Assembly: GCA_964654485.1 (NCBI GenBank)
Contig: CAZZJI010000002.1
Coordinates: forward strand, 57,702 to 121,701
Direction of reading: 5' to 3'
From: an uncultured Gammaproteobacteria bacterium
GTDB lineage: Bacteria > Pseudomonadota > Gammaproteobacteria > SG8-11
DNA: 64,000 nucleotides
The position numbers and the translations under genes were made by a program. Positions within the stretch are counted from its first letter, which is position 1. Each line of letters begins with the position of its first letter. Positions 9,046-18,199 of the stretch are shown one piece after another. Under the pieces are notes generated by a model. It saw nothing but the letters and a program-made list of their open reading frames with translations. It did not search any database and was not told the origin of the DNA.

Positions 9046-11313
9046 TTAGTCCTGTAATAATCCGTTTAACTCCATAATTTGACCAAAACATAATCCAGCA
9101 TCATTGGCTGGTATTTGATGTGGAAGATAGCAACGAAAATCATGCTGCTCTAACAGTTCAATAGCACGCTCGGTTAACAGTCGGTTTTGAAATACACCAC
9201 CACCAAGACCGACAGCAAAGTCGCCCTGCACAGCGCGTATTTGTAAAGCCTGTTGTAGCACAACAACCGCCATTGACTCATGAAAACAACGGGCCCGATC
9301 AACAAGCGGCACAGAATCATTCAATAATAGTGCTAGCAACGGCTCCCAGTCCGTACGCCAGACGTCATTTTCATCTGGGCTCAACGGTAGAGTCATCGCT
9401 TCAGCGCTACCATTGCTTGCAGAAGCCTCTAATAACATGGGTCCCTGTCCTTCAAAGCTGGTTATCTGTACTAAACCCGTTAATGATGCCGCGGCGTCAA
9501 ACAAACGCCCCACCGCCGAGCTTTGCGGGCAATTCACTTTACGTTGCCAGGCATGATGGGCCAGTTCAGTATTATATGCCGAATGTTGCCACTGTATATT
9601 CGCCTGCCAACACAGTGCTGCGGCACTGCGCCACGGGGCACGCCCTGCCTGCTCGCCACCGGGCAGATAAAATGGCCGCATACTGGCAACACGCTGCCAA
9701 TGTCCACTTTGTCCGAATAATGCCTCACCTCCCCATAATGTTTCGTCCGTGCCAAAACCGCTACCATCCCAAGTGAACACCAGCCATTGATTTTCGTGAG
9801 AAAATTCGCCCGCGACACAGGATGCATGAGCATGATGATGAAAAACAGGGTGCAGTGTTAATCCTGATTGATACGCCCAACGACTACTGGCATAACCGGG
9901 GTGCGCATCACACACGACTTGTTCAACATCAACTTGATAGAGTGTTTGCAGATCACTGATCACCTGGTTAAATACTTGCTGGCTGCGCAAGGAATCCAGT
10001 TCACCAATGTGTGGGGAAATAACGATGCGCTCATCCCATGCCAAGGCAATAGTATTTTTCATATGACCACCCACCGCCAGAGTAGGCACCTGCATACGAA
10101 ACGGTAACGGTAATTCTAACGGTGTATTTCCACGCCCTAAACGCAACGGACGTGCTTTATTGTGAATGACCCGATAAACGGGATCGTCTGCCGGACGTTG
10201 TATCGGGCGATTATGGTGTAAATAGGCCTCCGCCACGCAGTGAAGACGCCGTTCCACCTCCTCGTTTTCAGTCAGCACAGGCTCACCACTTATATTTGCG
10301 GACGTTGCGACAAGTGGCGCATTAAATGCTCTGAGTAATAAATGATGCAGGGGGCTGTATGGCAACATCACGCCCACCTCTTTTAATCCCGGTGCAATAT
10401 ATTCAGACAAATCACCCGTCTTTGTCTGGGTCATTAGCTGGGTCAATAGTCGCTTAGTCAATAAAATAATTGGATGAGCAGTGCTGTTAAGACATTCGTG
10501 CAGCTCATTTTCAGCTGTTACCATCTGATTTAATTGTACATCAGATACCATTACCGCAAGCGGTTTGTCAGGGCGCTGCTTTCGTTGCCTTAAACGCAAC
10601 ACAGCTGCATCATTACGCGCATCACACATCAGGTGATAACCACCAATACCTTTCACTGCGACAATCTTCCCTTGCTGGAATGCATATACACAACGCTGTA
10701 ATGCCTTTTCAGTGTCAGCGACCTCCCCTTTGGCATCTTTATATGTCAGGCCGGGACCACATTCAGGGCAAGCAATGGGTTCTGCATGAAAACGTCGATC
10801 AAGAGGATCTTGGTATTCCTGCTGGCAACGCGAGCACAGTGGAAAACCGACCATGGTGGTGTTGGCCCGGTCGTAGGGTAATTGACGAATCAGAGTATAA
10901 CGTGGCCCACAATGAGTGCAATTGATAAACGGATAGTTGTAGCGGCGATTGTTTTTATCGAACAGCTCTTCAAGGCACGCTGTACAAGCTGGCAAGTCTG
11001 CTACGATGCGAATGTCCTTGCTTGCACGGGCATCACTGGCACGAATACTAAACGTATCATGATATGCACATTCAGTTTCCCGTGATTCACTCAGAATCGG
11101 AGATGCATGAGGTGGTGCCTGGTCAATTAGCGCATCTTCAAAAATGCGCAGTTTGTCTGCTTGTCCTTCCGCATGTATTGCCACTTGTCCTATCCAGTTT
11201 TCAACCCAACCCTGGATGTTATTTTCCGTTGCAAGTCGATAAACAAAAGGTCTGAAGCCAACACCCTGCACATGGCCGATTAATAGATAGAATCGTGCCT
11301 GAGTCTTGTTCAT
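9046..11313 (-). CDS. hypF: Carbamoyltransferase HypF
   Basis: 755 aa. It has an acylphosphatase N-domain (VQGVGFRPF), two Zn-finger CxxC pairs (CTACLEE...CTHCGPRY; CSRCQQEY...CPECGP), a YrdC-like domain and a Kae1-like domain. Confidence 0.9.
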   Translation of the reverse strand: MNKTQARFYLLIGHVQGVGFRPFVYRLATENNIQGWVENWIGQVAIHAEGQADKLRIFEDALIDQAPPHASPILSESRETECAYHDTFSIRASDARASKDIRIVADLPACTACLEELFDKNNRRYNYPFINCTHCGPRYTLIRQLPYDRANTTMVGFPLCSRCQQEYQDPLDRRFHAEPIACPECGPGLTYKDAKGEVADTEKALQRCVYAFQQGKIVAVKGIGGYHLMCDARNDAAVLRLRQRKQRPDKPLAVMVSDVQLNQMVTAENELHECLNSTAHPIILLTKRLLTQLMTQTKTGDLSEYIAPGLKEVGVMLPYSPLHHLLLRAFNAPLVATSANISGEPVLTENEEVERRLHCVAEAYLHHNRPIQRPADDPVYRVIHNKARPLRLGRGNTPLELPLPFRMQVPTLAVGGHMKNTIALAWDERIVISPHIGELDSLRSQQVFNQVISDLQTLYQVDVEQVVCDAHPGYASSRWAYQSGLTLHPVFHHHAHASCVAGEFSHENQWLVFTWDGSGFGTDETLWGGEALFGQSGHWQRVASMRPFYLPGGEQAGRAPWRSAAALCWQANIQWQHSAYNTELAHHAWQRKVNCPQSSAVGRLFDAAASLTGLVQITSFEGQGPMLLEASASNGSAEAMTLPLSPDENDVWRTDWEPLLALLLNDSVPLVDRARCFHESMAVVVLQQALQIRAVQGDFAVGLGGGVFQNRLLTERAIELLEQHDFRCYLPHQIPANDAGLCFGQIMELNGLLQD

Positions 11314-11335
11314 TGCATTTTACACAGAGGCATTT

Positions 11336-12448
11336 TCACGCTGTGCGCCTCCCTCCTGCACGCCACCAAATACGACAAGCGCCTTCATCGGAGACCATAC
11401 ACGGCCCTATTGGATTATGTGGCGTACACCCTTTACCAAAAATCCGGCATTCATTCGGATAAATTTTCCCAAGAACAACCTGGGAACAATCACAACCTGG
11501 CGGCATTTCTCCGGCGCGTTTACGTTGAGTCTTTTCCGGCAATAACAAAAAATATTTGTGCACATCATAAGCAGCATAGGTATTATTTAAAACAAAACCT
11601 GAATCTGGGATCGTTCCGACACCGCGCCATTTGGCATCGGCAATGTCCATCACATTGTAAAGAACTTTTTTAGCACCCATATTGCCCTGAGCAGTGACAA
11701 CCTCGGGATAACAGTTATCTAAAAATGGACTATTTTCGATACATTGCCGTAACACAGAATAAAACGCAGCCAGTAGACTTTCCGCTGTAAAACCCGCTAC
11801 GGCAGCAGGAATGTGGTGTTTGTCGACAACGAATTGCCACTCCTCTGAGCCCATTACAGTGGCCACGTGACCCGGCGCTATCAAAGCATCAAACCCCGGT
11901 GTTCCGGAATCCAACAACATGGACACAGCCGGCCAGGTCAAACGACCTGATAGCAGCAGCAGCAGATTATCCGGAACACCGGCGGCAAGCATGCCCGCAA
12001 CGGGCGCCATGGTAGTTTCAAATCCTGCCGCAAAGAAAACGATGCGACGATCGGGTTGTTCTGTTGCCAGCCGGACGGCATCTATCGGCGAGGCAATCGG
12101 TTTGATATCAGCCCCGGCTGCCTTGGCTTGTTCAAGCGAACGAATCTCCTTCTTCGCGACATTAACCGGCACACGTAACATATCACCGAATGCAACAAGT
12201 GTAATCTCTTCGTGCAGCGCCAATTGAATAGCGTCATAAATATCTTCTTCGGGACAGATGCACACCGGACAACCGGGACCAGGAATCAGTTCAACTTCGT
12301 CTGGCAACACGTCGCGTAAACCAGCCAGGGTAATCGAACGCTCGTGACCACCGCAAACATTCATAATGCGTATTTTAGCGGGTAAGTCCAACCCTCTGAT
12401 TAAGGTTAACCAATGTTTTGCAGTAGAGTGTTTCGCTGTAAAAGACAT
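11336..12448 (-). CDS. hypD: Hydrogenase maturation factor HypD
   Basis: Conserved CGGHE, GPGCPVC and the C-terminal cysteine cluster (CxxHNPIGPC). Confidence 0.9.
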   Translation of the reverse strand: MSFTAKHSTAKHWLTLIRGLDLPAKIRIMNVCGGHERSITLAGLRDVLPDEVELIPGPGCPVCICPEEDIYDAIQLALHEEITLVAFGDMLRVPVNVAKKEIRSLEQAKAAGADIKPIASPIDAVRLATEQPDRRIVFFAAGFETTMAPVAGMLAAGVPDNLLLLLSGRLTWPAVSMLLDSGTPGFDALIAPGHVATVMGSEEWQFVVDKHHIPAAVAGFTAESLLAAFYSVLRQCIENSPFLDNCYPEVVTAQGNMGAKKVLYNVMDIADAKWRGVGTIPDSGFVLNNTYAAYDVHKYFLLLPEKTQRKRAGEMPPGCDCSQVVLGKIYPNECRIFGKGCTPHNPIGPCMVSDEGACRIWWRAGGRRTA

Positions 12449-12507
12449 TGTTTTTATTCAACCGTTATATTTCCAATAATAAGACCACGAATATATTTTA
12501 TTAATGC

Positions 12508-13290
12508 TTATAACCTAACGTTACTATGTTCAGGATCAAGCCGTGTTTTATTCTGTTTAACTTGCTGCCGCAGCCAATCTATCCAAAGAATTACCCCATT
12601 ACCAGACTTAACAGATAACAGGATAACAGGCGCTGTGCTCGCAAGCTGCCTTAAATAATGTTCAGCTTTCGCGGGATCAAAATCATCTATCACTGTTAAT
12701 AAATCTGACTTGCTAATAAGCACGAGATCAGCAACCCGAAACATTACCGGATATTTGGCCGGTTTGTCATCACCCTCGGTGACTGATAGCAAGGTAATAT
12801 TATGATGATGCCCAAGATCAAAACTAGCTGGACAAACGAGATTACCGACGTTTTCAATAAAAACAATATCCAATGGCTCAAGATCAATTTGCTGTAATGC
12901 ATCATGGACCATGTGAGCATCCAGATGACATGCGCTTCCGGTTGTAATTTGAATCGCGGTGACACCTTTGGCACGAATACGCTCGGCATCATTTTCCGTC
13001 TCCAGGTCGCCTTCGATGACCGCAATATTAAATTCATGTTGCAAAGCATCGATGCTCGATTCCAGCAAAGCTGTTTTACCGGAGCCCGGGGACGACATCA
13101 GGTTAAGTGTCAGTACCTGATGTTTATCGAAATGTTGGCGATTATGCATCGCCTGGTGATCATTTTCTGACAATAAATTAGTTAATACATCAACGACGGT
13201 TGTGCCAGATTGCATTTTCGCCAGCTTCCCATCAGGCTGGATCAAGTGTTTATTGCCCGGTGTTATATTACAACCACAGCTATCACACAT
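12508..13290 (-). CDS. hypB: Nickel-insertion GTPase HypB
   Basis: N-terminal MCDSCGC high-affinity Ni site, P-loop GSPGSGKT and the CH-motif region. Confidence 0.9.
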   Translation of the reverse strand: MCDSCGCNITPGNKHLIQPDGKLAKMQSGTTVVDVLTNLLSENDHQAMHNRQHFDKHQVLTLNLMSSPGSGKTALLESSIDALQHEFNIAVIEGDLETENDAERIRAKGVTAIQITTGSACHLDAHMVHDALQQIDLEPLDIVFIENVGNLVCPASFDLGHHHNITLLSVTEGDDKPAKYPVMFRVADLVLISKSDLLTVIDDFDPAKAEHYLRQLASTAPVILLSVKSGNGVILWIDWLRQQVKQNKTRLDPEHSNVRL

Positions 13291-13314
13291 AACTTTTCCT
13301 CATTTATGTCTGCA

Positions 13315-13665
13315 CTAATGCTCAGTTCGCATTTCAATCCGTTCAAGTAGTAATTCATCGCCACTTAATATTTCAGTTTGCCAATCGCCGCATTGTCCAC
13401 AAATCAAGCGATTAATACTGACTTCGCTTTCAGCAAAACAGGCTCGACAGCGAACACGTATCGGCATTGAGCTTATTATAAGCTTGGCTTGCTCAGCGAC
13501 CGTGTCTGCACTGGCGAAAGGAAAAACTGACAGCAACAAATTGGGTTCCACGCCGGACAACGGACCTACTTGTAAATAAATAATCTCAACCACAGAGGCT
13601 TTATGTTCAGCAGCGATGTTGCCAACCTGCTTAAGTAAACTTTGACATATCGACAGTTCATGCAT
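13315..13665 (-). CDS. hypA: Nickel metallochaperone HypA
   Basis: Begins MHELSICQ at the internal Met of the track ORF. Zn site CRACF...CGQCG. Overlaps hypC by 8 nt. Confidence 0.85.
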   Translation of the reverse strand: MHELSICQSLLKQVGNIAAEHKASVVEIIYLQVGPLSGVEPNLLLSVFPFASADTVAEQAKLIISSMPIRVRCRACFAESEVSINRLICGQCGDWQTEILSGDELLLERIEMRTEH

Positions 13666-13900
13666 TGTCAGGCTCCGCCTGGGCTGCCAACAGTTCATCG
13701 AACAATTCCCATGCTGACAAGGCATAGGATTCAGTTATCTTCTGAATAGCATAACCAACATGAATCAACACATAATCACCTGGGTTAAGATCCGCGTCCT
13801 GGAGTAAAAAAAGACTCACCTCCCTCTGCACACCTTTGGCCTCACAACGAGCGTTGAATCCGTTAATCTCCTTGATTTGCATTGGTATAGCAAGACACAT
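13658..13900 (-). CDS. hypC: Hydrogenase assembly chaperone HypC
   Basis: 80 aa starting MCLAIP, the essential Cys2 motif. Confidence 0.85.
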   Translation of the reverse strand: MCLAIPMQIKEINGFNARCEAKGVQREVSLFLLQDADLNPGDYVLIHVGYAIQKITESYALSAWELFDELLAAQAEPDNA

Positions 13901-14008
13901 AGCCGTATGCTCAATTTTGGTTAGAAATATTCTTTTCCACTATATATATGACATAATACTTCAAACTAAAGCTGCATGAATAATTTCAGGTTTGATCTCA
14001 ATACTAAC

Positions 14009-14091
14009 TTGACAGTAGTATACTTGTCAGGATTATAGTTGTTCCATTGGGGTATATACTAGTTATAAGCTAAAGTTTATAAGCTAAAGTT
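14009..14091. promoter_or_regulatory. Divergent hypC / omp promoter region with a palindrome and a 14-nt tandem direct repeat
   Basis: Palindrome TGACA-gtagtatact-TGTCA at 14009-14030, and TATAAGCTAAAGTT repeated twice at 14063-14091. Confidence 0.35.
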
Positions 14092-14145
14092 ATCCGCTAT
14101 TTATCGGTATATATTGCTAACCTGGAGAAATGGTCACTTGGGGAA

Positions 14146-14781
14146 ATGAAAAATTCTACCTGCATTCGCATCGTTTTTATCAGTGGTTTATTCTTTACGA
14201 TGACACTTCAAGCAAAAACTGAGATAACACCGATATTTGGCTACCGTTTTGGAGGTGAATTTACAGACATCACCGCCGTAAGCAAACTGAAAGTCACTGA
14301 CGATAACATTGCCGGGTTTTTGGTAAGTTTTGACAAGGATGCGCGCGCTCAATACGAGTTTTTATACAGCCATCAATCTTCCAGATTAAAAACGAACGCC
14401 TCTGTCGGGAATAATATTCTGTTTGATATGGATATTGATTATATCCAGATTGGCGGCACCGCACTCTGGCCGGAACTGTGGCCTGAACTTCGGCACCAAG
14501 ATAAGGTAACTCCGTTTCTGGCAGGTGGCCTGGGCTTAACGCATATGAGTCCGGATATATCGGGGTCTGATTCCGCGACCCGATTTTCATTCAATATCGG
14601 TGGCGGACTAAAGTGGTTCCTCAACGATCGAATCGGTATTCGCCTGGAAGTACGCGCCTATGGCACATTATTCGACAATGGTTCAGCGATTTTCTGCAGC
14701 AATGGTAATTGTGACATCAGTGTCACAGGTAATTTGTTTTCGCAGTTTGAAACTAATATCGGTGTCTTTGGTCATTTTTAA
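14146..14781 (+). CDS. Outer-membrane beta-barrel protein (OmpW/OmpA-like fold)
   Basis: Signal peptide, alternating amphipathic beta-strand pattern and a C-terminal aromatic Phe (…GVFGHF). Confidence 0.55.
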   Translation: MKNSTCIRIVFISGLFFTMTLQAKTEITPIFGYRFGGEFTDITAVSKLKVTDDNIAGFLVSFDKDARAQYEFLYSHQSSRLKTNASVGNNILFDMDIDYIQIGGTALWPELWPELRHQDKVTPFLAGGLGLTHMSPDISGSDSATRFSFNIGGGLKWFLNDRIGIRLEVRAYGTLFDNGSAIFCSNGNCDISVTGNLFSQFETNIGVFGHF

Positions 14782-14840
14782 CACCCACCTGCATTGCCCT
14801 ATTTCAAGTTAGCCATTAATTCCTTTATTGACGTTAATCG

Positions 14841-15296
14841 TTAACACAATATCTCTGACTTGATATTAGCCAATAACCCGGGTAACGCTTTTTCTACAGA
14901 TTGACTCAAGCCGCTTTCATAATTGCATTGCTCCATCTCTACTCCCCAAACAGAAATAAATTCGGGCAGCTCTCCAAGTGAGAGTGCAACGTCGATGGCA
15001 TCTTTTATACTAATACCATGGGATGATAGTTTGGTCGGACAGGTGTTCCATTGATCAGTGCCTAAATCTATTTTCCTTACTGTGCCCGGTTTTTCGCCTG
15101 AACGCATTGCATCAATAAAGAGTATTTGTTTTGCATGGGAAATTTTACTTACCCACTCTATAGCGGAACGATCACATACAACAAACTCAACGGTCGGTAA
15201 ATTACCAATTTCTATTTTTAATTGTTCACAGGCTATCCAACCTATTTGGTCATCTCCATAGGGTGAACCTAAACCAACAATCAACGCCCTCGTCAT
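14841..15296 (-). CDS. Hydrogenase maturation endopeptidase (HybD/HoxW family)
   Basis: MTRALIVGLGSPYGDDQIG... N-terminal motif. It follows the large subunit directly; the large-subunit stop abuts its start. Confidence 0.8.
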   Translation of the reverse strand: MTRALIVGLGSPYGDDQIGWIACEQLKIEIGNLPTVEFVVCDRSAIEWVSKISHAKQILFIDAMRSGEKPGTVRKIDLGTDQWNTCPTKLSSHGISIKDAIDVALSLGELPEFISVWGVEMEQCNYESGLSQSVEKALPGLLANIKSEILC

Positions 15297-16594
15297 TGTC
15301 TGGTCACCGTCAGATTTAAAAAATGTGTTGCACACGAAATACAGGGATCATAGTTACGTACAACCTGTTCCGCCTGAAAACGCAGTTTTTCTTCTGTCGC
15401 ATCCAGTCCATATTGCTCCAGTGTGAAGCGCAAGTCGTCTTCGATTCGCGCCTGGTTCTGACTGGTCGGTGGCACAATCCGTGCTGCTTGCACCACACCC
15501 TTTTTATTTATTTCATATTGATGCCATAAGCTACCGCGCGGCGCTTCTGTGCAGCCATAAGCAATGCCTTTTTTTGGCACTACGTCAACAAAAGGTGACT
15601 TGGGAACTTGATAATTCTCTAACAAGCGAATTGCTTCAATCAATGCATAATAAATTTCAGCCGCTCTTGCGACGATACTGTGATACACATTCTGACTGGG
15701 AAATTGAATTTTTGTTTCTTCTATAGATTGTTTAACTTCAGGATGTAACTTACCGTAGTTCAGGTTCATTCTCGCCAGTGGACCAACAAGATAAGGCTGC
15801 CCTGATAAAGTACAATGCAGAGCGGTTGAATAAATAACCTGCTTTTCCTCAAAGTGATGCTCAAATTGATTAATAGGGATATGTAAACCTTGAGTTGATA
15901 TAAGATCACCTTCATTCATTGGGTATTCGTGAGGATGACTGACAGAGACACTGGAAAAATCTTGCGCCAATTTTGGAAATTTTAACGCGGCTGTCCAATG
16001 AATTAATGCTTCTGCATCAGGTAATGCCGCATGGAGTTTATCCAGTAACGCGTTAATTTCTTCACTGGCTGGTGCGCGTGTGAAACCACCCACTTTTGCA
16101 CCTACCGGGTTAACCGATCGAGCGCCGAATAATCGTATTAAATCATTACCCAACGCCTGTAATTTTAACCCCCTGCGTAACTCTTGCGAATATTCCTTTG
16201 CCATGGCAGGTGCGCTGTCATAACCTAAAAAATCCGGTGCTGCAAGCAAATGGATATGCAAACTGTGGCTTTCCAACCATTCGCCACAATAAAATACACG
16301 ACGCATATCGCGCACCCATGAACCTGGATCGATGCCAAACAATGTTTCAAACGCGTGCACAGCACTCATTTGATAAGCAACCGGACAAATGCCGCATATT
16401 CGTGAAACAATGTCTGGTACTTCAGTATAAAGCCGTCCTTCAAGGAGTTTTTCAAATAACCGCGGTGGCTCAAAAATACGCAGTTCCAGTCTTTCTATTT
16501 TATTTTGTTTGATAGAAATATCTAATGCACCCTCACCTTCGACGCGCGCGAGCACTGGCACAGTTATTTTTCTTTTATTTTTATTATTTGGCAC
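15293..16594 (-). CDS. [NiFe] hydrogenase large (alpha) subunit, group 3b-like
   Basis: N-terminal RICGICPVAY (RxCGxC) and C-terminal DPCISCATH (DPCxxCxxH) Ni-Fe ligand motifs, followed by a 9-aa cleavable tail. The 433-aa size fits cytosolic group 3. Confidence 0.9.
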   Translation of the reverse strand: MPNNKNKRKITVPVLARVEGEGALDISIKQNKIERLELRIFEPPRLFEKLLEGRLYTEVPDIVSRICGICPVAYQMSAVHAFETLFGIDPGSWVRDMRRVFYCGEWLESHSLHIHLLAAPDFLGYDSAPAMAKEYSQELRRGLKLQALGNDLIRLFGARSVNPVGAKVGGFTRAPASEEINALLDKLHAALPDAEALIHWTAALKFPKLAQDFSSVSVSHPHEYPMNEGDLISTQGLHIPINQFEHHFEEKQVIYSTALHCTLSGQPYLVGPLARMNLNYGKLHPEVKQSIEETKIQFPSQNVYHSIVARAAEIYYALIEAIRLLENYQVPKSPFVDVVPKKGIAYGCTEAPRGSLWHQYEINKKGVVQAARIVPPTSQNQARIEDDLRFTLEQYGLDATEEKLRFQAEQVVRNYDPCISCATHFLNLTVTRQ

Positions 16595-17366
16595 CTTTTT
16601 TTCCCAGATTAATAGCAGCTTGTTTAAATGCGGGCGAATTATTTTGGATAAAAAGATATCGTTTCTCTATGTCCTCATTAAGTAAACCGAGCCCTGCAAA
16701 ACAAGTTGTCAGCGAGTCTGTATTTGTATTTTCAGATGGCCCAAAGCAGCCATAACAATCCCGGCCAAATCTCGGACAAAGTGCACCACAACCAGTACGA
16801 GTGATCGGCCCCAGACAGGGCACCCCTTTAGCGACCATAATGCAGACAGCTTGACTACGCTTGCACTCCAAACATATTTTTTCTGTTTCTTCAAACGGTT
16901 TCACACCGGATAACAGCGAATGAATAGCTGTAATTAACTGGCGCTTGTCGATCGGACATCCCCAAAGTTGATAATCCACTCTGACCTGATCAGAAATCGG
17001 TGTAGATGCATCGAGGCTATCGATGTATTTCGGTTTGGCATAAATATCTTTGATCCATTTTTTTGTATCATGGATATTTTTCAGTGCTTGTATGCCACCT
17101 GATGTTGCACATGCGCCAATCGTAATTAAGTATTGACTATTGCTTCGTATCGCCTGAAGACGAGCGATTTCATCAGACGTAGAAATGCTGCCTTCGATAA
17201 AAGCAATATCAACTTTAATATCAGGGTTAACAGGCCCCGCCTCGGGGAAATGGACAATATCCGTTATTGTAAAAAGTTCGATTAATTGCTCCCCAAGATT
17301 CAGGAAAGCAAGCTGACACCCGTCACACGAAGTAAATTTATGTACTGCTATTTTGGGTTTATCCAT
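16584..17366 (-). CDS. [NiFe] hydrogenase small (delta) subunit
   Basis: Starts MDKPKIAVHKFTSCDGCQ (proximal cluster Cys), the NuoB-like fold typical of group-3 small subunits. Confidence 0.85.
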   Translation of the reverse strand: MDKPKIAVHKFTSCDGCQLAFLNLGEQLIELFTITDIVHFPEAGPVNPDIKVDIAFIEGSISTSDEIARLQAIRSNSQYLITIGACATSGGIQALKNIHDTKKWIKDIYAKPKYIDSLDASTPISDQVRVDYQLWGCPIDKRQLITAIHSLLSGVKPFEETEKICLECKRSQAVCIMVAKGVPCLGPITRTGCGALCPRFGRDCYGCFGPSENTNTDSLTTCFAGLGLLNEDIEKRYLFIQNNSPAFKQAAINLGKKGAK

Positions 17367-17368
17367 TT

Positions 17369-18199
17369 TTAAAAACCTTTTAGCCCAAATGTTTCCTTGA
17401 TTTTGTCGTAACGAAAAACCGGCCCATTCTTGCAAATAAAATGCGGCCCATATTGACAATGCCCACAATGCCCTAACGCGCATTTCATATTGCGCTCCAT
17501 ACTTAGATAAATGGCCTCTACAGGCACATTCCTTAATGTTAATTCATGAATACAAACGCGCATCATGCCTTCCGGACCACACATCATCACAATGGTATTA
17601 TCACTGATGTTCATTTGATCAAAGAGTTCTATCACCAGCCCAACATGCCAGGGCCACGACGGATCACCCTTGTCAGCCGCTAGAAATACATCTGTGTCTG
17701 GCTGTTGCAGCCACTGTTCATATCGTTCACGCCAAATAAGATCTTTTGGCAGCTTTACACCTTGCAGAATGGTGAGTTTGCCAAAATCATCACGCCTTTG
17801 GTTAATATAATTAATGACGGATACCACGGGAGCACAACCCAGCCCACCCGTTATTACCAGCACATCTTTTCCTTGTGCTTCTGCAAGTGGCCAGCCTAGT
17901 CCGTAAGGTCCTCGTAATCCAATACAATCACCTTTATTCAGCTTACTCAAGCCCTGGGTTACTCGCCCGACAACGCGAATCGCATGGTCCAGCATCTCCG
18001 GGTCTTTTGGATCTGAAACAACAGAGATAGGGATTTCCCCTACACCATGTAAATACACCATATTAAATTGACCTGGCACAAAAGAATATTTTTTCCTTTT
18101 CTCGAGATCAGTAAATGCCAAACGTAACGTAAACACGGTTTGCGTCTCTTGAATACGCTCAATGACTTCAGCAGTATCAGGTAGATAGGGATTATGCAT
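17369..18199 (-). CDS. Hydrogenase gamma subunit (FAD/NAD(P)-binding, [2Fe-2S]; sulfhydrogenase HydG-like)
   Basis: Ferredoxin-NADP reductase-like fold with the C-terminal Cys cluster CALGHCGHCQYGPHFICKNGPVF. The probable start is the internal Met MHNPYL. Confidence 0.8.
   Translation of the reverse strand: MHNPYLPDTAEVIERIQETQTVFTLRLAFTDLEKRKKYSFVPGQFNMVYLHGVGEIPISVVSDPKDPEMLDHAIRVVGRVTQGLSKLNKGDCIGLRGPYGLGWPLAEAQGKDVLVITGGLGCAPVVSVINYINQRRDDFGKLTILQGVKLPKDLIWRERYEQWLQQPDTDVFLAADKGDPSWPWHVGLVIELFDQMNISDNTIVMMCGPEGMMRVCIHELTLRNVPVEAIYLSMERNMKCALGHCGHCQYGPHFICKNGPVFRYDKIKETFGLKGF

Noticed and set aside
15293-16594. Selenocysteine-containing [NiFeSe] large subunit
   Set aside because: The C-terminal motif reads DPCISCATH with Cys, not an in-frame TGA. 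No SECIS-like context is needed.
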